From an uncultured Pseudomonadales bacterium (GTDB lineage Bacteria > Pseudomonadota > Gammaproteobacteria > Pseudomonadales > UBA7434), in assembly GCA_964504585.1 (NCBI GenBank), contig CAZDEW010000002.1, forward strand, positions 33,862-97,861: a DNA stretch of 64,000 bases, in the 5' to 3' direction. Position numbers and translations under genes: made by a program. This document shows, piece after piece, positions 1 through 9,594 of the stretch; position 1 is the stretch's first letter; the number at the start of each line of letters is the position of its first letter. The notes below the pieces were generated by a model. The model was not told where the DNA came from and ran no database searches. It saw only the letters and a program-made list of their open reading frames with translations.

Positions 1-273
1 ACCGCTGGCTATCAGCGCAATATCACCACCCCTCACTTCACCCGACCACTGGGGCGTTTCCAACCAGCCTCTGCCAGCGACGCATAAAATTAGAATGTTG
101 TCGTCGTTTTTTACCCGCAGCATTTGATGTTGGTGTGCAACTGAATAATGCCCGACGGCCAGCGGATAGCAGTCACTCGCCAGCGGGTGATCCTTGAGTT
201 TTTCGCGGATAACCACAGGTGCGACCAGTCGCGTACTGGATTCATCCAGCGGCCAGTTGGAGGGTTTGCTCAT
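1..273 (-). CDS. AraC/XylS-family transcriptional regulator, N-terminal effector-domain part (3' end outside window)
   Basis: Not in ORF track because it is open at the window edge. Own translation of the reverse strand from the ATG (complement of 271-273): MSKPSNWPLDESSTRLVAPVVIREKLKDHPLASDCYPLAVGHYSVAHQHQMLRVKNDDNILILCVAGRGWLETPQWSGEV... This resembles an AraC-type cupin N-terminal domain. It is divergent from the acyl-CoA operon, the position MmsR occupies in Pseudomonas. Confidence 0.55.
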   Translation of the reverse strand, partial: MSKPSNWPLDESSTRLVAPVVIREKLKDHPLASDCYPLAVGHYSVAHQHQMLRVKNDDNILILCVAGRGWLETPQWSGEVRGGDIALIASG

Positions 274-427
274 GGTTTTTGAATATCGCCTCGTTCCGGA
301 TGAAGGTTGATAGTAACGCAATATTATCCATAAATCTCGCAACCTGCCCCTTGCCTCAAGCGGCTGAGTGCTGATATCTTTTCGCCGAATTTTAAGCTTG
401 CAAATTTGGTTTCGGGAAGGCGAAAAG

Positions 428-1861
428 ATGAGTCAAAACAATGCAGTAGGTACAGACAGTGGGGCTAGCGAGCAAGATGTGGCTGAGATCGCTGCGATGG
501 TCGAGAGGGCGCGAATCGCGCAGCAGCAGATTGAAGGCTACACCCAGGAGCAGGTAGACGAGCTGATCAAAGCGATGGTCTGGTCCTGTGCCCAGCCTGG
601 TGTTGCAGAGGATATTGCAACGCACACGCTTCAAGAGACTCAATTGGGAGACTACGACGGAAAGTTCAAGAAGATCTTCACCAAAACCCGAGCCGCTCTG
701 ATGGATATCATCGACGACAAGTCGGTGGGTATTCTCGAGGAAGACACCGAGCGCAATATTGTCAAGATCGCAAAGCCCGTGGGTGTCATTGGTGCTTTGT
801 CGCCGTCGACAAATCCAGAGGCGACGCCTGTGATCAAAGGGATCAATGCGGTGAAAGGTCGCAACGCGATTATCGTTGCGCCACACCCAAGGGCCAAGTT
901 GACCAACAAACTGATCATTGATCGCATGCGTGCGGCGATCAAAAAAATGGGGGCGCCTGAAGATCTTGTTCAGGCAATCGAAATACCTTCGCTCGAAAAA
1001 ACAGAGGAGCTCATGAAGCAATGCGACATGATTCTCGCAACGGGCGGCCCTGCGATGGTCAAGGCTGCTTACTCCAGCGGCACACCTGCGCTAGGTGTGG
1101 GTGCTGGTAACGCGGTTATCACCGTTGATGACACCGCCGATCTGGATGACGCTGCTGAGAAAGTTCGCATATCCAAAACGCTAGATCTTGCCGCTTCCTG
1201 CTCGGCAGATAACTCAGTCATCGTATTTGAATCTATCTACGATGAGTTTCTCGAAAAATTGATTGCGCAGGGCGGATACCTTGCCTCGCCGGAAGAGGCG
1301 CAAATGATTGCCAATGAACTTTGGGAAGACGGTCATTTGAATGCCAGATCGGTAGTTCTTAAGCCTCAGGTACTGTGCGAAAAAGCGGGGTTCCAGATTC
1401 CTGACGATCGCTTATTCATTATCGTGCCGGAAACGGGAGCGGGTCCGGATCACCCCTTCTCTGGTGAGAAGCTCTCCGCAATCATGGCGTTCTACAAAGT
1501 CGCTGATATTGATGAAGCGATCGCGTTGACCAATCGAATTCAGGCGTATCAGGGTATGGGCCACTCTTGCGGTATTTACTCGAACTCCGATGAGAATATT
1601 TTAAAACTGGGTTTTGGTACCAAAACCTCTCGCGTGATGGTGAACCAGCCACAAGCACCTTCAAACAGTGGCAATTTGTGGAACGGCATGCGCCAGACCT
1701 TTTCATTAGGTTGTGGTACCTGGGGGGGTAACTCCACCAACGAAAATATTAACTGGAAACATCTGATTAATGTGACCTGGATCTCCAAACCACTGGCAAC
1801 ACCCAAAACCATTCCATCTGACGATCAGCTGTTTGGATCAGTGATTGAAAAGCTTGCATAG
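428..1861 (+). CDS. CoA-acylating aldehyde dehydrogenase (AdhE/EutE/PduP-like ALDH)
   Basis: ORF 368-1861. Preferred start is ATG 428 (MSQNNAV), preceded by GGAAGG. Catalytic-Cys region ISKTLDLAASCSADNSVIV resembles the acylating ALDH motif. First gene of a co-oriented acyl-CoA operon. Confidence 0.7.
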   Translation: MSQNNAVGTDSGASEQDVAEIAAMVERARIAQQQIEGYTQEQVDELIKAMVWSCAQPGVAEDIATHTLQETQLGDYDGKFKKIFTKTRAALMDIIDDKSVGILEEDTERNIVKIAKPVGVIGALSPSTNPEATPVIKGINAVKGRNAIIVAPHPRAKLTNKLIIDRMRAAIKKMGAPEDLVQAIEIPSLEKTEELMKQCDMILATGGPAMVKAAYSSGTPALGVGAGNAVITVDDTADLDDAAEKVRISKTLDLAASCSADNSVIVFESIYDEFLEKLIAQGGYLASPEEAQMIANELWEDGHLNARSVVLKPQVLCEKAGFQIPDDRLFIIVPETGAGPDHPFSGEKLSAIMAFYKVADIDEAIALTNRIQAYQGMGHSCGIYSNSDENILKLGFGTKTSRVMVNQPQAPSNSGNLWNGMRQTFSLGCGTWGGNSTNENINWKHLINVTWISKPLATPKTIPSDDQLFGSVIEKLA

Positions 1862-1928
1862 AGTCGGCGGCTTTACGACTTCAATCGTAATTTCGCGGTT
1901 GCGTTTAACGATGAGATAGAGGCAGGTA

Positions 1929-3098
1929 GTGATGGATTTCAATCTTTCAGAGGAACAGCTGGCTTTTCAGCAAGCGGCGCGCGACTTTGCCCAGGGCGAA
2001 ATGGCGCCAAAGGCAGAGGAGTGGGACGAGAAGAAGATCTTTCCGGTAGATGCTTTCAAGGCCGCGGGTGCGCTTGGTTTTATGGGGATGTATTGCGGGT
2101 CCGAGTGCGGCGGCCTTGGGCTTAGCCGCATGGATACAGCGATCATTCTTGAAGAGTTGGCCGCGGGTTGTACGTCCACGGCAGCGTTTATATCCATTCA
2201 CAATATGTGTGCATGGATGTTATCGACCTGGGGCTCTGATAGAGTCAAAGGCGAGTGGGCTGAAGCGCTGACCAGTGGTCAGAAACTCGCGTCGTACTGC
2301 CTCACTGAACCTGGCGCGGGCTCTGATGCAGGAAACCTGCGCACGCAGGCTAAGTTGGATGGCGGTGATTATGTGCTCAACGGAAGTAAAGTCTTTATCA
2401 GTGGCGCAGGTTCAACCGATGTTCTCATTGTGATGGCGAGAACGGGCAGCACAGAAATTGGCGCGGCGGGCATTAGCGCTTTTGCCGTACCTGCCAATAC
2501 GGCGGGCATTGAGTTTGGCAAGAATGAAATCAAAATGGGTTGGAACAGCCAGCCCACGCGGACGATCAGTTTCGACGATGCGAGAATTCCTGCCGACGCC
2601 ATGTTGGGTAGCGAGGGCGAAGGATTTAAGATTGCCATGAAAGGGCTGGATGGTGGCCGTATCAACATTGCTACCTGTTCTGTCGGAGCGGCGCAGGCGA
2701 CTATCAACCATGCACAGGCTTATATGCATGAGCGCAAGCAATTCGGTCAGTCACTGGCAAACTTTCAAGCACTGCAGTTCAAACTTGCGGACATGGTCAC
2801 TGAGCTAGTCGCTGCGCGACAGATGATTCGTCTCGCTGCGTACAAGCTCGACACTAACGATCCGGAAAAAACCACTTACTGTGCAATGGCAAAGCGCTTC
2901 GCGACCGATACCGGTTTTGAGGTCTGCAACCAGGCGATGCAGTTGCATGGCGGTTACGGTTACATTCGCGAATACCCCATCGAGCGCTTTTTCCGTGATG
3001 CTCGCGTGCATCAAATTCTGGAAGGTACGAATGAAGTTATGAGGTTGATCACGTCGCGGCGCGTTCTCGCCGAGGATGGCACTGAAGCCATTCGTTAG
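1929..3098 (+). CDS. acyl-CoA dehydrogenase (isobutyryl-CoA dehydrogenase-like)
   Basis: 389 aa. Typical ACAD sequence (CLTEPGAGSDAG..., QLHGGYGYIREYPIERFFRDARVHQILEGTNE). Context with ECH, HIBCH and MmsB. Confidence 0.85.
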   Translation: MMDFNLSEEQLAFQQAARDFAQGEMAPKAEEWDEKKIFPVDAFKAAGALGFMGMYCGSECGGLGLSRMDTAIILEELAAGCTSTAAFISIHNMCAWMLSTWGSDRVKGEWAEALTSGQKLASYCLTEPGAGSDAGNLRTQAKLDGGDYVLNGSKVFISGAGSTDVLIVMARTGSTEIGAAGISAFAVPANTAGIEFGKNEIKMGWNSQPTRTISFDDARIPADAMLGSEGEGFKIAMKGLDGGRINIATCSVGAAQATINHAQAYMHERKQFGQSLANFQALQFKLADMVTELVAARQMIRLAAYKLDTNDPEKTTYCAMAKRFATDTGFEVCNQAMQLHGGYGYIREYPIERFFRDARVHQILEGTNEVMRLITSRRVLAEDGTEAIR

Positions 3099-3164
3099 AA
3101 AAAGTATATTCCAGCTGGTAAAAATTCGAACGTTGAGAGAATTAACGAGAAAGAGAGTTGAATA

Positions 3165-3941
3165 ATGAGTGACACACTAAAACTAGAAAAGCATGGCCAC
3201 ACCGCAATCGTAAGGTTCAATAATCCGCCGGCACATACCTGGACTCCTGAAAGCCTCAATCAATTAGCCGATATTGTTTTTGAGCTCAATGAAGACAGGG
3301 AAAACTACTCTTTGATTATTACGGGCGACGGCGAGAAGTTTTTCTCCGCCGGTGCAGACTTAAACCGTTTCAACCACAACGATAAGGGTAAATCATTCGA
3401 ATTCGCCAATGCTTTCGGCTATGGCTTTGAAACTCTCGCCGACTACAACGGCGTGTCGATAGCGGCGATTAACGGCTATGCGATGGGAGGAGGTCTCGAA
3501 GCAGCTATGGCCTGCGATATACGCATTGCCGAGGCGCATGCGCAGATGGCCTTGCCAGAGGCAACGGTAGGGCTCCTGCCTTGTGGTCTTGGCAGTCAGC
3601 ACCTGTCGTGGTTGGTGGGCGAACAGTGGGCAAAACGGATGATTCTTTTGGGCGAGCGCATTAAGGCCGACAAGGCGCTTGAAATCGGGCTGGTATCGGA
3701 AGTTGTTGAGTCGGGCACTTCTGTTGATAAAGCACTTGAGCTTTGTGCGAATGTTGAAAAGCAAAGTCCGACATCAGTCCGTTATTGTAAGCAGTTGATC
3801 ATGGCCGCGCGCAACACACCGATAAACCAGAATTTTGCGACAGAGCGGGAGATGTTTGTGAAGCTCTGGGACACGCAAGATCAGAAAGAAGGGGTTGCTG
3901 CCTTCGTTGAGAAGCGAAAAGCGGAATGGAAAAACGCCTGA
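3165..3941 (+). CDS. enoyl-CoA hydratase (crotonase family)
   Basis: 258 aa. Crotonase motifs FSAGADL and NGYAMGGGLEAAMACDIRIA. Confidence 0.85.
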   Translation: MSDTLKLEKHGHTAIVRFNNPPAHTWTPESLNQLADIVFELNEDRENYSLIITGDGEKFFSAGADLNRFNHNDKGKSFEFANAFGYGFETLADYNGVSIAAINGYAMGGGLEAAMACDIRIAEAHAQMALPEATVGLLPCGLGSQHLSWLVGEQWAKRMILLGERIKADKALEIGLVSEVVESGTSVDKALELCANVEKQSPTSVRYCKQLIMAARNTPINQNFATEREMFVKLWDTQDQKEGVAAFVEKRKAEWKNA

Positions 3942-4010
3942 CAGCGCAACGGACAAACGCTCTGCACCGAAGATCCACAATAAAGTAAAAAATCTTAACG
4001 AGTTATATGC

Positions 4011-5111
4011 ATGTCAGAATCTGTAGTGCTCTTTGAAGAACTGCCGGCCAACAATGGCTCGAAAATTGGCAAGGTGGTTCTCAATATTCCCAAAACCCTG
4101 AATTCTCTAACGCTGGAGATGGTCGAGCTCTTGCTTGAGCGTCTTGCTCAGTGGGAAGAGGATGAATCTATCGCCTGTTTGATCGTGTCCGGAAGCGGAG
4201 GCAAGGCTTTTTGCGCCGGCGGCGATGTGCAAGCCCTGCATGCAAGTGCCATTAAAACGCCTGGTGGCCCCTGCGTAGAAGCCGAGACTTTCTTCGAGCG
4301 GGAATACCGGATGGATTATGCCTTCCATAATTATTCAAAACCGGTGATTGTATGGGGTGATGGTATTGTCATGGGCGGTGGTCTCGGCATCTTTGCCGGC
4401 GGTAGTCATCGAGTGGTCACCGAAACCAGTCGCTTTGCTATGCCTGAGGTTACGATTGCGCTGTTTCCCGATGTGGGGGGTAGCTATTTTCTTAATCGAA
4501 CCCCGGGCCAGAGCGGGCGTTTTCTTGCCCTGACCGGCGCATCGTTCAACGCTTCAGATGCTATTTATCTGGGTATAGCCGACAGCTTTGTTGCGCGGGA
4601 GTATTACGACCCAGTTGAGGCTGCGCTGGTCGATGTGGCACCTTCTAGCGACGATGACGTTGATGCTGTACTTGAGCCGTTTATCGCGAAAAGCAAACTT
4701 GAGCAGCGTGTTGGGCAAATCGACGCCAGGCAAGAACAAATTGATACCTTGTGCAAGTTCAGCAATACCCTCGATGTTGTTGAGGCGGTTCGCGGACTTG
4801 AAACGGAAGATAAGTGGCTCTCAAAAGCAAAGAGCGGATTGCTCGATGGCTCTCCTTTGGCGGCGCTGTGGATCGATGAACAGTTAAAGCGGAGCAAAGA
4901 TGCATCGCTAGCCGATGTTTTCCGTTCGGAATTGCTTTTAGCAACCAATGTCGTACGTTACCCGGAGTTTGCAGAAGGGGTACGTGCGCTATTGATCGAT
5001 AAAGATCGCGAGCCTAAGTGGCAGTTCTCTTCTGTTGAGGCGGTTGAACGAGACCTGGTGGAGAGTTTCTTTAATTCGCCCTGGGACAGCAACCCATTGG
5101 CGGATTTATAA
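4011..5111 (+). CDS. 3-hydroxyisobutyryl-CoA hydrolase-type enoyl-CoA hydratase/isomerase family protein
   Basis: 366 aa long-form crotonase (FCAGGDV, GIVMGGGLG) with the C-terminal extension typical of HIBCH. Sits between the ECH and mmsB genes. Confidence 0.8.
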   Translation: MSESVVLFEELPANNGSKIGKVVLNIPKTLNSLTLEMVELLLERLAQWEEDESIACLIVSGSGGKAFCAGGDVQALHASAIKTPGGPCVEAETFFEREYRMDYAFHNYSKPVIVWGDGIVMGGGLGIFAGGSHRVVTETSRFAMPEVTIALFPDVGGSYFLNRTPGQSGRFLALTGASFNASDAIYLGIADSFVAREYYDPVEAALVDVAPSSDDDVDAVLEPFIAKSKLEQRVGQIDARQEQIDTLCKFSNTLDVVEAVRGLETEDKWLSKAKSGLLDGSPLAALWIDEQLKRSKDASLADVFRSELLLATNVVRYPEFAEGVRALLIDKDREPKWQFSSVEAVERDLVESFFNSPWDSNPLADL

Positions 5112-5184
5112 GAGTCGACGCTAAAGCGCTTAGATTTATCAGGTGTCACATACAAAGAAAATGGTTTTTTACGGGTAGAGAGTC

Positions 5185-6072
5185 ATGGCGACAGTTGCAT
5201 TTATCGGTCTCGGAAACATGGGCGGCGGCATGGCTGCAAATCTGGTTAGAGCCGGCTTTACCGTCAATGCTTTCGATTTATCAGAGGCAGCTTTGCAGGC
5301 GGCAGTTGAAGCTGGTTGCCAGCAGGCCTCGACCGCAGAGGATGCGGTTAATGGCGCCGACTACATCGTTTCCATGTTGCCCAATGGTGCGATTATGGAG
5401 AGTGTTTACATTGATGGCGATAAGCTCCTCGAAAAGGTCGAAAGGTCTGCCCTGGTGATCGACTGCTCCACCGTGGCTGCGCAAAACTCTCGGCGTATGA
5501 TTGCTGAAGCTGACAAGCTTGGGATCCGCGCTATAGACGCGCCCGTTTCCGGTGGTGTCGCAGCGGCCGCGGCGGGTACGCTGGCCTTTATGTGTGGCGG
5601 AAAGGTGGAGGATTATGAGGCTGCAAAGCCCGTACTTGAAGCTATGGGGAGCAAGATATTTCGCGCAGGCGATGCCGGTGCAGGGCAGGTGGCCAAAATT
5701 TGCAACAATATGCTGTTAGCGATTCATATGGCTGGTACGGCAGAGGCCTTGCAGCTAGGCGTCGCCAACGGGCTTGACCCCGCGACGCTTTCCGAAATTA
5801 TGCTTAACAGCTCTGGTCGCAACTGGTCGCTGGAAGTATATAACCCTTACCCCGGTGTGATGGAAGGTTCCGCCGCGTCAAGAGACTATGAAGGCGGCTT
5901 TATGGTCAATCTCATGTTGAAGGATCTGGGGCTTGCGATGGATGCAGCAGAGTCAGCTGATGCGCAGACGCCTATGGGTAGCATGGCGCAGTCCTTATAC
6001 GAGAAAGTTAAAAATCTTAGCGACGATCAGGGTCTGAAGGATTTTTCCAGTATCCAAAAACTGTTTTCTTAG
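5185..6072 (+). CDS. mmsB: 3-hydroxyisobutyrate dehydrogenase
   Basis: 295 aa. N-terminal Rossmann motif VAFIGLGNMGGGMAANL, conserved GAGQVAKICNNM, pathway context. Confidence 0.85.
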   Translation: MATVAFIGLGNMGGGMAANLVRAGFTVNAFDLSEAALQAAVEAGCQQASTAEDAVNGADYIVSMLPNGAIMESVYIDGDKLLEKVERSALVIDCSTVAAQNSRRMIAEADKLGIRAIDAPVSGGVAAAAAGTLAFMCGGKVEDYEAAKPVLEAMGSKIFRAGDAGAGQVAKICNNMLLAIHMAGTAEALQLGVANGLDPATLSEIMLNSSGRNWSLEVYNPYPGVMEGSAASRDYEGGFMVNLMLKDLGLAMDAAESADAQTPMGSMAQSLYEKVKNLSDDQGLKDFSSIQKLFS

Positions 6073-6221
6073 CTTCCCGACATCATGTCTCTCTTGGTAC
6101 TCAGTCTCTAGGATAGAAAGCCTTAGGCAGAGATTGCGAACTGTTCAGCTCTACGCAGATTGAATCGCTTTCTGCTACTATTTCCTCCTCTTATTTGAAC
6201 GCTCCCAGAGAAGTGTCTCCA

Positions 6222-7103
6222 ATGCCTGTAAAAAATCGCCCCCGAAGATCTTGCCTGTATATGCCAGGCTCCAATACGCGCGCACTCGAAAAGGCAAGAG
6301 CGCTTGACGCAGATGTACTCATTCTGGATCTGGAGGACGCGGTTGCGCCAGAGAGTAAAGTGGAAGCTCGACAGAGCGTGGTTAAGGCTGTTAGCGAGAA
6401 GGTGTTTGGTTATCGCGAAGTCATCGTGCGGATCAATGAGCTAGACAGCGAGTGGGGCGAGGATGATTTGCAGGCGGTCGTTGCGGCGGAGCCAGACGGC
6501 GTTCTTTTCCCCAAAGTTGTTGCGGCTGATCAGGTTAAACGGATTGATCAATCACTCACTGAATCGGGGGCGTCAGAGGCGCTTGGCTTGTGGGTAATGA
6601 TCGAGATGCCTTTGGCAATCCTTCATCTTGCAGCAATAGCCGAAGCGGCCCAAACAACCCGCTTGTGCGGTTTTGTTCTGGGTACTAATGATTTGGCCAA
6701 AGAAATGAATTGTATGGTGACAGCGGATCGTCTGGCATTTCTTCCAGCCTTGAGTCAGAGTGTGATCGCAGCGCGGGCATATGGGCTTAGCGTGATTGAC
6801 GGTGTGTTCAATCAGATAGGAGACGACTCGGGGCTTGAGTCCGAGTGTTTACAGGGCCTGACTTTGGGCTTCGATGGAAAGAGCCTGATACACCCGGGCC
6901 AGCTAGAAACAAGTAATCGAATTTTTTCACCATCGGCAGAGGCCGTCGCTCAGGCACAGGCCGTTATCAGCGCATTTAATGACCCCACGAATAAGGACGT
7001 CGGCGTGATCAAGGTCAATGGCAAAATGACAGAGAGGCTCCACCTCGAACAGGCAGAGGCACTGGTTGAGAAAGCTGAGCTTATAGCGTCCATGACACAA
7101 TAG
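6222..7103 (+). CDS. HpcH/HpaI aldolase / citrate lyase beta-subunit (CitE)-like acyl-CoA lyase
   Basis: ORF 6195-7103. Preferred ATG at 6222 (MPVKNRPRRSCLYMPGSN...ADVLILDLEDAV), a CitE/malyl-CoA lyase-like N-terminus. Confidence 0.7.
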   Translation: MPVKNRPRRSCLYMPGSNTRALEKARALDADVLILDLEDAVAPESKVEARQSVVKAVSEKVFGYREVIVRINELDSEWGEDDLQAVVAAEPDGVLFPKVVAADQVKRIDQSLTESGASEALGLWVMIEMPLAILHLAAIAEAAQTTRLCGFVLGTNDLAKEMNCMVTADRLAFLPALSQSVIAARAYGLSVIDGVFNQIGDDSGLESECLQGLTLGFDGKSLIHPGQLETSNRIFSPSAEAVAQAQAVISAFNDPTNKDVGVIKVNGKMTERLHLEQAEALVEKAELIASMTQ

Positions 7104-7145
7104 CTGGGGCAGATTAAACATTAAAAAAACGTGGAGAGGAAAGTC

Positions 7146-7922
7146 ATGTCTGAATACCCAATGCCGCATAATAGTATCGACCTGTCTGGACAGGTCGCAT
7201 TGGTTACCGGGGCAAGCTCGGGTCTCGGTTGGCGCTTCGCGCGCGTGCTAGCAGCCGCGGGAGCCAGTGTCGCGATCGCCGGACGCCGTGAGTCAAGGCT
7301 GGAGGAGCTTCAAGCACTGATTGCAGAGGAGGGCGGAGTCTGCGCTCCGTTTGTACTCGATATGACAGATAGCGAGGCGGTATTGCGTGTCGTCGGCAAG
7401 GTCGAGGACCAGCTCGGTCCCGTTACCATACTTGTGAATAACGCGGGTGTTCCGGATGCGCAAATGGCGATGAAGATGCCGATGGAGCTTATCGATCGTG
7501 TTCTGGATACGAATGTTAAAGGGCCCTTTGTGTTGGCATGTGAGGTTGCCCGCCGCTTAAAGGCCAATGAGCTCCCGGGTAGAATCGTCAATATCGCCAG
7601 TGTCGCCGCCAATACTTACAACGGCAATGGTGCGGCGCTGTACTCGACCTCGAAGGCGGCGGTTGTTCGCATGACGGAGACGCTGGCGATTGAATGGGCT
7701 CGTTTTAATATTAATGTTAATGCGATTTCACCGGGTGTCTTTGAGTCGGAAATGAGTGATGGCATGATCGAGCGAATGGGCGATCTTGCATCTCACTTCC
7801 CGCGCAAAAGAGTCGGCCACCCTGCGCAGCTTGACAGCACCTTACTGTATTTGTGCTCGCCGGCATCAGATTGTGTGACTGGGTCGAATATCGTCGTTGA
7901 TGATGGGCAAACACCTCGGTAA
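7146..7922 (+). CDS. SDR-family oxidoreductase
   Basis: ORF 7131-7922. ATG 7146 preceded by GGAGAGG. Motifs TGASSGLG, NNAG, YSTSK. Confidence 0.8.
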   Translation: MSEYPMPHNSIDLSGQVALVTGASSGLGWRFARVLAAAGASVAIAGRRESRLEELQALIAEEGGVCAPFVLDMTDSEAVLRVVGKVEDQLGPVTILVNNAGVPDAQMAMKMPMELIDRVLDTNVKGPFVLACEVARRLKANELPGRIVNIASVAANTYNGNGAALYSTSKAAVVRMTETLAIEWARFNINVNAISPGVFESEMSDGMIERMGDLASHFPRKRVGHPAQLDSTLLYLCSPASDCVTGSNIVVDDGQTPR

Positions 7923-7982
7923 GTGTTAGTTGGCCTGGCAGTAAAAAAGCGGAAAAAATTAGTGTTCGAATAGGTAAGTACT

Positions 7983-8756
7983 ATGAGTGAAGCGTTAGTG
8001 TTAGTGGAGCAACGGGACGCCACCGCGATTGTGACTTTAAACCGCCCAGACGCGATGAATGCCTTGTCCAAAGAGTTGATGGCTGCTTTGGCTGCGACCT
8101 TCCGGGATCTACAAAAAAACGAAGACATAGCCTGTGTGATTTTGACTGGCGCAGGGCGTGGGTTTTGCGCGGGGCTCGATCTCAAGCAGCTGGGTGAAGA
8201 GGGGCTGGAAGGCTTTCAGCTCAGTGGCGAGTACGATATGGCCTCGGCAATTTTAGGGTTTGACCGGCCAATCATTGGCGCCATCAATGGCGTGGCTGCC
8301 ACCGGTGGATTTGAAGTGGCGCTATGGTGTGATCTGTTGGTCGCTTCGACGAGTGCTAGGTTTATTGATACCCATGCCCGTGTTGGCCTGGTTTCGGGTT
8401 GGGGTTTGAGTCAGCGTTTACAGCGCATCATTGGCGTGAATCGCGCGCGCGAATTGCACTTCACGGGCAATCCACTTAGCGCAGAGCTGGCGGACAAGTG
8501 GGGTTTGGTCAATCGCGTCGTTGAGCCTGAAGCGCTGATGGCAGAGTGCGAGGCGCTGGCGGCAGACATTGCGAGCTGTGACAGAACTACATTAAAACGA
8601 ATGAAGCGCGTGGTCAGCGAAGGGGGCAATATGCCGTTAGGTGCCGCGCTTGATTACGAAACCTTTGCAATGGATTTACACGGCGCGGCGCAAAGTGCAG
8701 ATGCGATCAAACAGCGCCGTGAATCTGTGCAGGCGCGAAGTCGTAGTAAGACCTGA
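7983..8756 (+). CDS. enoyl-CoA hydratase/isomerase family protein
   Basis: 257 aa. Crotonase motifs FCAGLDL and NGVAATGGFEVALWCDLLVAS. Confidence 0.8.
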   Translation: MSEALVLVEQRDATAIVTLNRPDAMNALSKELMAALAATFRDLQKNEDIACVILTGAGRGFCAGLDLKQLGEEGLEGFQLSGEYDMASAILGFDRPIIGAINGVAATGGFEVALWCDLLVASTSARFIDTHARVGLVSGWGLSQRLQRIIGVNRARELHFTGNPLSAELADKWGLVNRVVEPEALMAECEALAADIASCDRTTLKRMKRVVSEGGNMPLGAALDYETFAMDLHGAAQSADAIKQRRESVQARSRSKT

Positions 8757-8805
8757 CAGACATTTTTTTCCACGCTCAGGACTGCCTCAAGCGACTTGTT
8801 CGCTG

Positions 8806-9468
8806 TTACAGAGTAGGCGCTTGAATATGACTTTGCAGGTCGTATGCGTCTGTTTTGGCGCCGCAGCCAGCTTCACGCCTAGCGAGATTAATTTGCTCAC
8901 TCAGTAGCTGTGATTTAGAGAGTGAGTTGCCGTTTTCACGATAGTACTCTAGAGAAAATGGATCTAGATCTGCCCCCTCAAGCGCCTTCTCGCGAATCAG
9001 GCTATCGATAGTTTGCCAGTCGCGGGCGTTAAACTGGATATCGATAGCCTCGAGCAATCTTCGTTCTTTCCTTATGTGTTCAAGCTGTAGCATCTGAAAG
9101 CTCGTAGCCAGCTGCATGATTTTTGCTTTTGGTCGGTTAAGCAGGTTCCTTGCCCTAGATAGTAAGGCAGTTAGCTGCGCAGTTTGTACTTCAAGCAGTA
9201 CGTGCTCTTGTTGCAGCTGGCTGATTATAGCGTCGCCGGGCCCATACATCGCAATGTAGTGATCGAAGATAATATCTTCGATCGGATGGTGCCAGCGCTC
9301 GGGCACCGTCTTGACATAGTCCAGAATCTCAAACAGCTTGTCATATTGGCACTCGCCGGCGGCGATTCCCGTCAGTTTCTTTAGCTCTTTTTCCAGAAGA
9401 TACATCAGGCTGATCATACGACGATGATCATCTTCGAGCTGCTCGATAATGTTGTGCATAGCCATCCT
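8806..9468 (-). CDS. hemerythrin-like (HHE cation-binding) domain protein
   Basis: ORF 8806-9525. The N-terminal 19 aa are implausible, so the start is probably MRMAMHNIIEQLEDDHRRM (9468) or the MHN Met 12 nt downstream. His/Glu-rich hemerythrin-type motifs (DDHRR, WHHPIEDIIFDHY, QQEH). Confidence 0.6.
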   Translation of the reverse strand, partial: RMAMHNIIEQLEDDHRRMISLMYLLEKELKKLTGIAAGECQYDKLFEILDYVKTVPERWHHPIEDIIFDHYIAMYGPGDAIISQLQQEHVLLEVQTAQLTALLSRARNLLNRPKAKIMQLATSFQMLQLEHIRKERRLLEAIDIQFNARDWQTIDSLIREKALEGADLDPFSLEYYRENGNSLSKSQLLSEQINLARREAGCGAKTDAYDLQSHIQAPTL

Positions 9469-9511
9469 CATCAGTTTGGATGAATAGTAGCACCTGAATA
9501 TCGGCGAGCAC

Positions 9512-9525
9512 TTGATCCAGATCAA
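9512..9525. promoter_or_regulatory. FNR/Anr-type binding site (perfect TTGAT-N4-ATCAA)
   Basis: TTGATCCAGATCAA read directly at 9512-9525, in the divergent intergenic region between the hemerythrin-like gene and yip1-ccoN. Confidence 0.6.
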
Positions 9526-9594
9526 TACCTCGCAGCGCTCCGTTTTTATACTAATGAAAATTCGGATTTAATCGCTGATGACCGAGGGGTATTC

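Noticed and set aside
9001-9048. 10-bp inverted repeat GCTATCGATA...TATCGATAGC with a 28-nt spacer
   Set aside because: It lies inside the hemerythrin-like coding region and has no associated promoter or terminator context. It is probably fortuitous.
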